Source: Psammoneis japonica
Taxonomy: Eukaryota
Length of the DNA: 64,000 bases
NCBI GenBank assembly: GCA_008632985.1
Contig: QPGO01000097.1
Coordinates: 186,001 to 250,000 of the forward strand
Direction: 5' to 3'
In this document: piece after piece, positions 62,532 to 64,000 of the stretch
Layout of the letters: each line of letters starts with the position of its first letter
Position numbering within the stretch: the first letter of the stretch is position 1
The notes under the pieces: generated by a model
Database searches by the model: none
Told to the model about the DNA's origin: nothing
The model's input: the letters and a program-made list of their open reading frames with translations, nothing else
Position numbers and translations under genes: made by a program

Positions 62532-63347
62532 ATGCGTCGCCGCCGCGTCCTCTTGGGCGTCACGGGATCTGTGGCGGCTGTCAAAGGACCGGAAATTGCT
62601 GTTCGCATCGCGCGGGATCTGCGAATGGACGTTCGCGTGCTGTTAACTCAAGCTGGCAATAATTTTTGGGTCAAATCGGAAGACTACAATCCTCAATACT
62701 GGTCAGAACTTCAAAAGCGTCTCCGATCTCCAGAAGAATCATTCGGGGATGACGCCGATAGCGAACAAACAGACAGCACGGACGATGAAGGCAAAATTTA
62801 TGTTCATTGTGAGTTTGATAGTCGTTCTGCTACTAAGTCCTTCTTGCGTTTGAAGAGTATCTTTTACGTTACTGACTCCAGATGTTGCACTGTTGCTTGA
62901 TGCAATCTACGCAAAACAAAAACAGTGGCAGAAGACGAGTGGAAGGGTTGGAATCGATTAGGTGATCCGGTGCTTCACATTGATTTGCGGGACTGGTCAG
63001 ACGTTGCAGTGATTGCGCCGCTTTCAGCACACACACTTGCCAAGCTGGCTTGCGGATTGTGCGATGACACTCTGTCCTGTGTGATCCGCGCGTGGGACTT
63101 TGGTCACGGTACGAGACCTGGCAAGCCGCTGGTTTTAGCTCCAGCGATGAATACAGCAATGTGGGAGCACCCAATCACCAATTCTCAGTTGAACGTCATT
63201 CGAAGCTTTTGGAACAGCAGCCGTGAGCCTAAGAATGGAATCACTTCGGTTGAACCGGAAGTCAAGACACTGGCATGCGGGGAAGTAGGCACGGGTGCGC
63301 TGGCTTCGGTACAGAACATCTTGGATGCAGTGAAGGATCGTACATGA
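62532..63347 (+). CDS. PPCDC: Phosphopantothenoylcysteine decarboxylase (HFCD flavoprotein); exons 62532-62808, 62926-63347
   Basis: LLGVTGSVAAVK, HIDLRDW, APLSAHTLAKLACGLCD, PAMNTAMWEHP, KTLACGEVGTG. Confidence 0.92.
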
Positions 63348-64000
63348 ATTTTGGGGAAAACAAGCATCTGCTATGTGCTTGGTCCCAAGTTGAAATCACC
63401 CGCGAACTCAATTTACCTCTTGACAAAAACATGCTATGGTACGCAACAAGGTAAGTGATCAAGAATATGAGGACTACGATTGGATACACAAGCCATGGAC
63501 AGGAACCTAGTGGATCGTAGACAGACGGAGACCATTGTTTCCAGTCTCGCTTGGTCTCGCATGGTTTTATGTATTCAAAAAAGCACTCAAAGAAGCACGT
63601 GGGCAGCAGAAGGCCCATGCAAGCTAGAATCCGATTGTCGCGTCGGCCGACATAACATTGTTCTTACTTTGTTCAAATCGATAGCTGAAGTTGGTTGTGC
63701 GCTAATGCGGTTGGACGAGCAAGACAAGATGAACGGAAATTATGGATGCGATGATCTTTATTGTGTTGTGTGCTTTTTCTTCTCTGCACCAAGTCTGCAC
63801 AAGTTGAAAGTTATAAGAAAAGAACTCGACATTCTCAAGTCCCCGGAGCTTCTCCTGCTTGCCACTGCAGAGCTTATGCTTACTTGTGCATATCAAACAC
63901 GTCGGATTTTTGTCATTGAAATTCGCCCCACACAAACTCCACGGTGCATTCTACCTATCCATTATTATAATACCTGAAGAATGGATCACAAATAGCTTGC

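Noticed and set aside
63480..63977. 165-aa ORF at the window end
   Set aside because: Non-ATG start and no recognisable motif; cannot be supported.

Overview
Eukaryotic nuclear DNA, most consistent with a diatom or other stramenopile (short GT-AG introns, a bipartite plastid-type presequence, CoDi-like copia elements). Gene-dense islands at ~1.3-6.1, 36.3-44.1 and 55.3-63.3 kb carry a 4CL-like acyl-CoA ligase, SAH hydrolase, a CTL transporter, Pho88/SND3, inositol monophosphatase, NDC80, importin-beta, TMEM53/DUF829, a glyoxalase II-like protein and PPCDC. These islands alternate with two transposon blocks (~6.5-36.0 kb and ~44.4-54.7 kb). The blocks hold degenerate copia and LINE remnants, gag-only LTR elements, a ~3.1-kb-arm inverted duplication and a complete Ngaro/PAT-type tyrosine-recombinase retrotransposon (A1-ORFs-B1-A2-B2) with a nested MITE. 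The most striking signal is that TpA is almost erased inside the repeat blocks, with sharp borders, by TA>TG and TA>CA changes (A>G in TpA on either strand). Conserved Tyr codons of TE enzymes read Cys or His, and paired repeat copies differ at TA vs TG/CA sites. The young element has lost TA while keeping many CpG. This suggests a repeat-targeted A>G hypermutation process, opposite in direction to fungal RIP, that I do not recognise as described.
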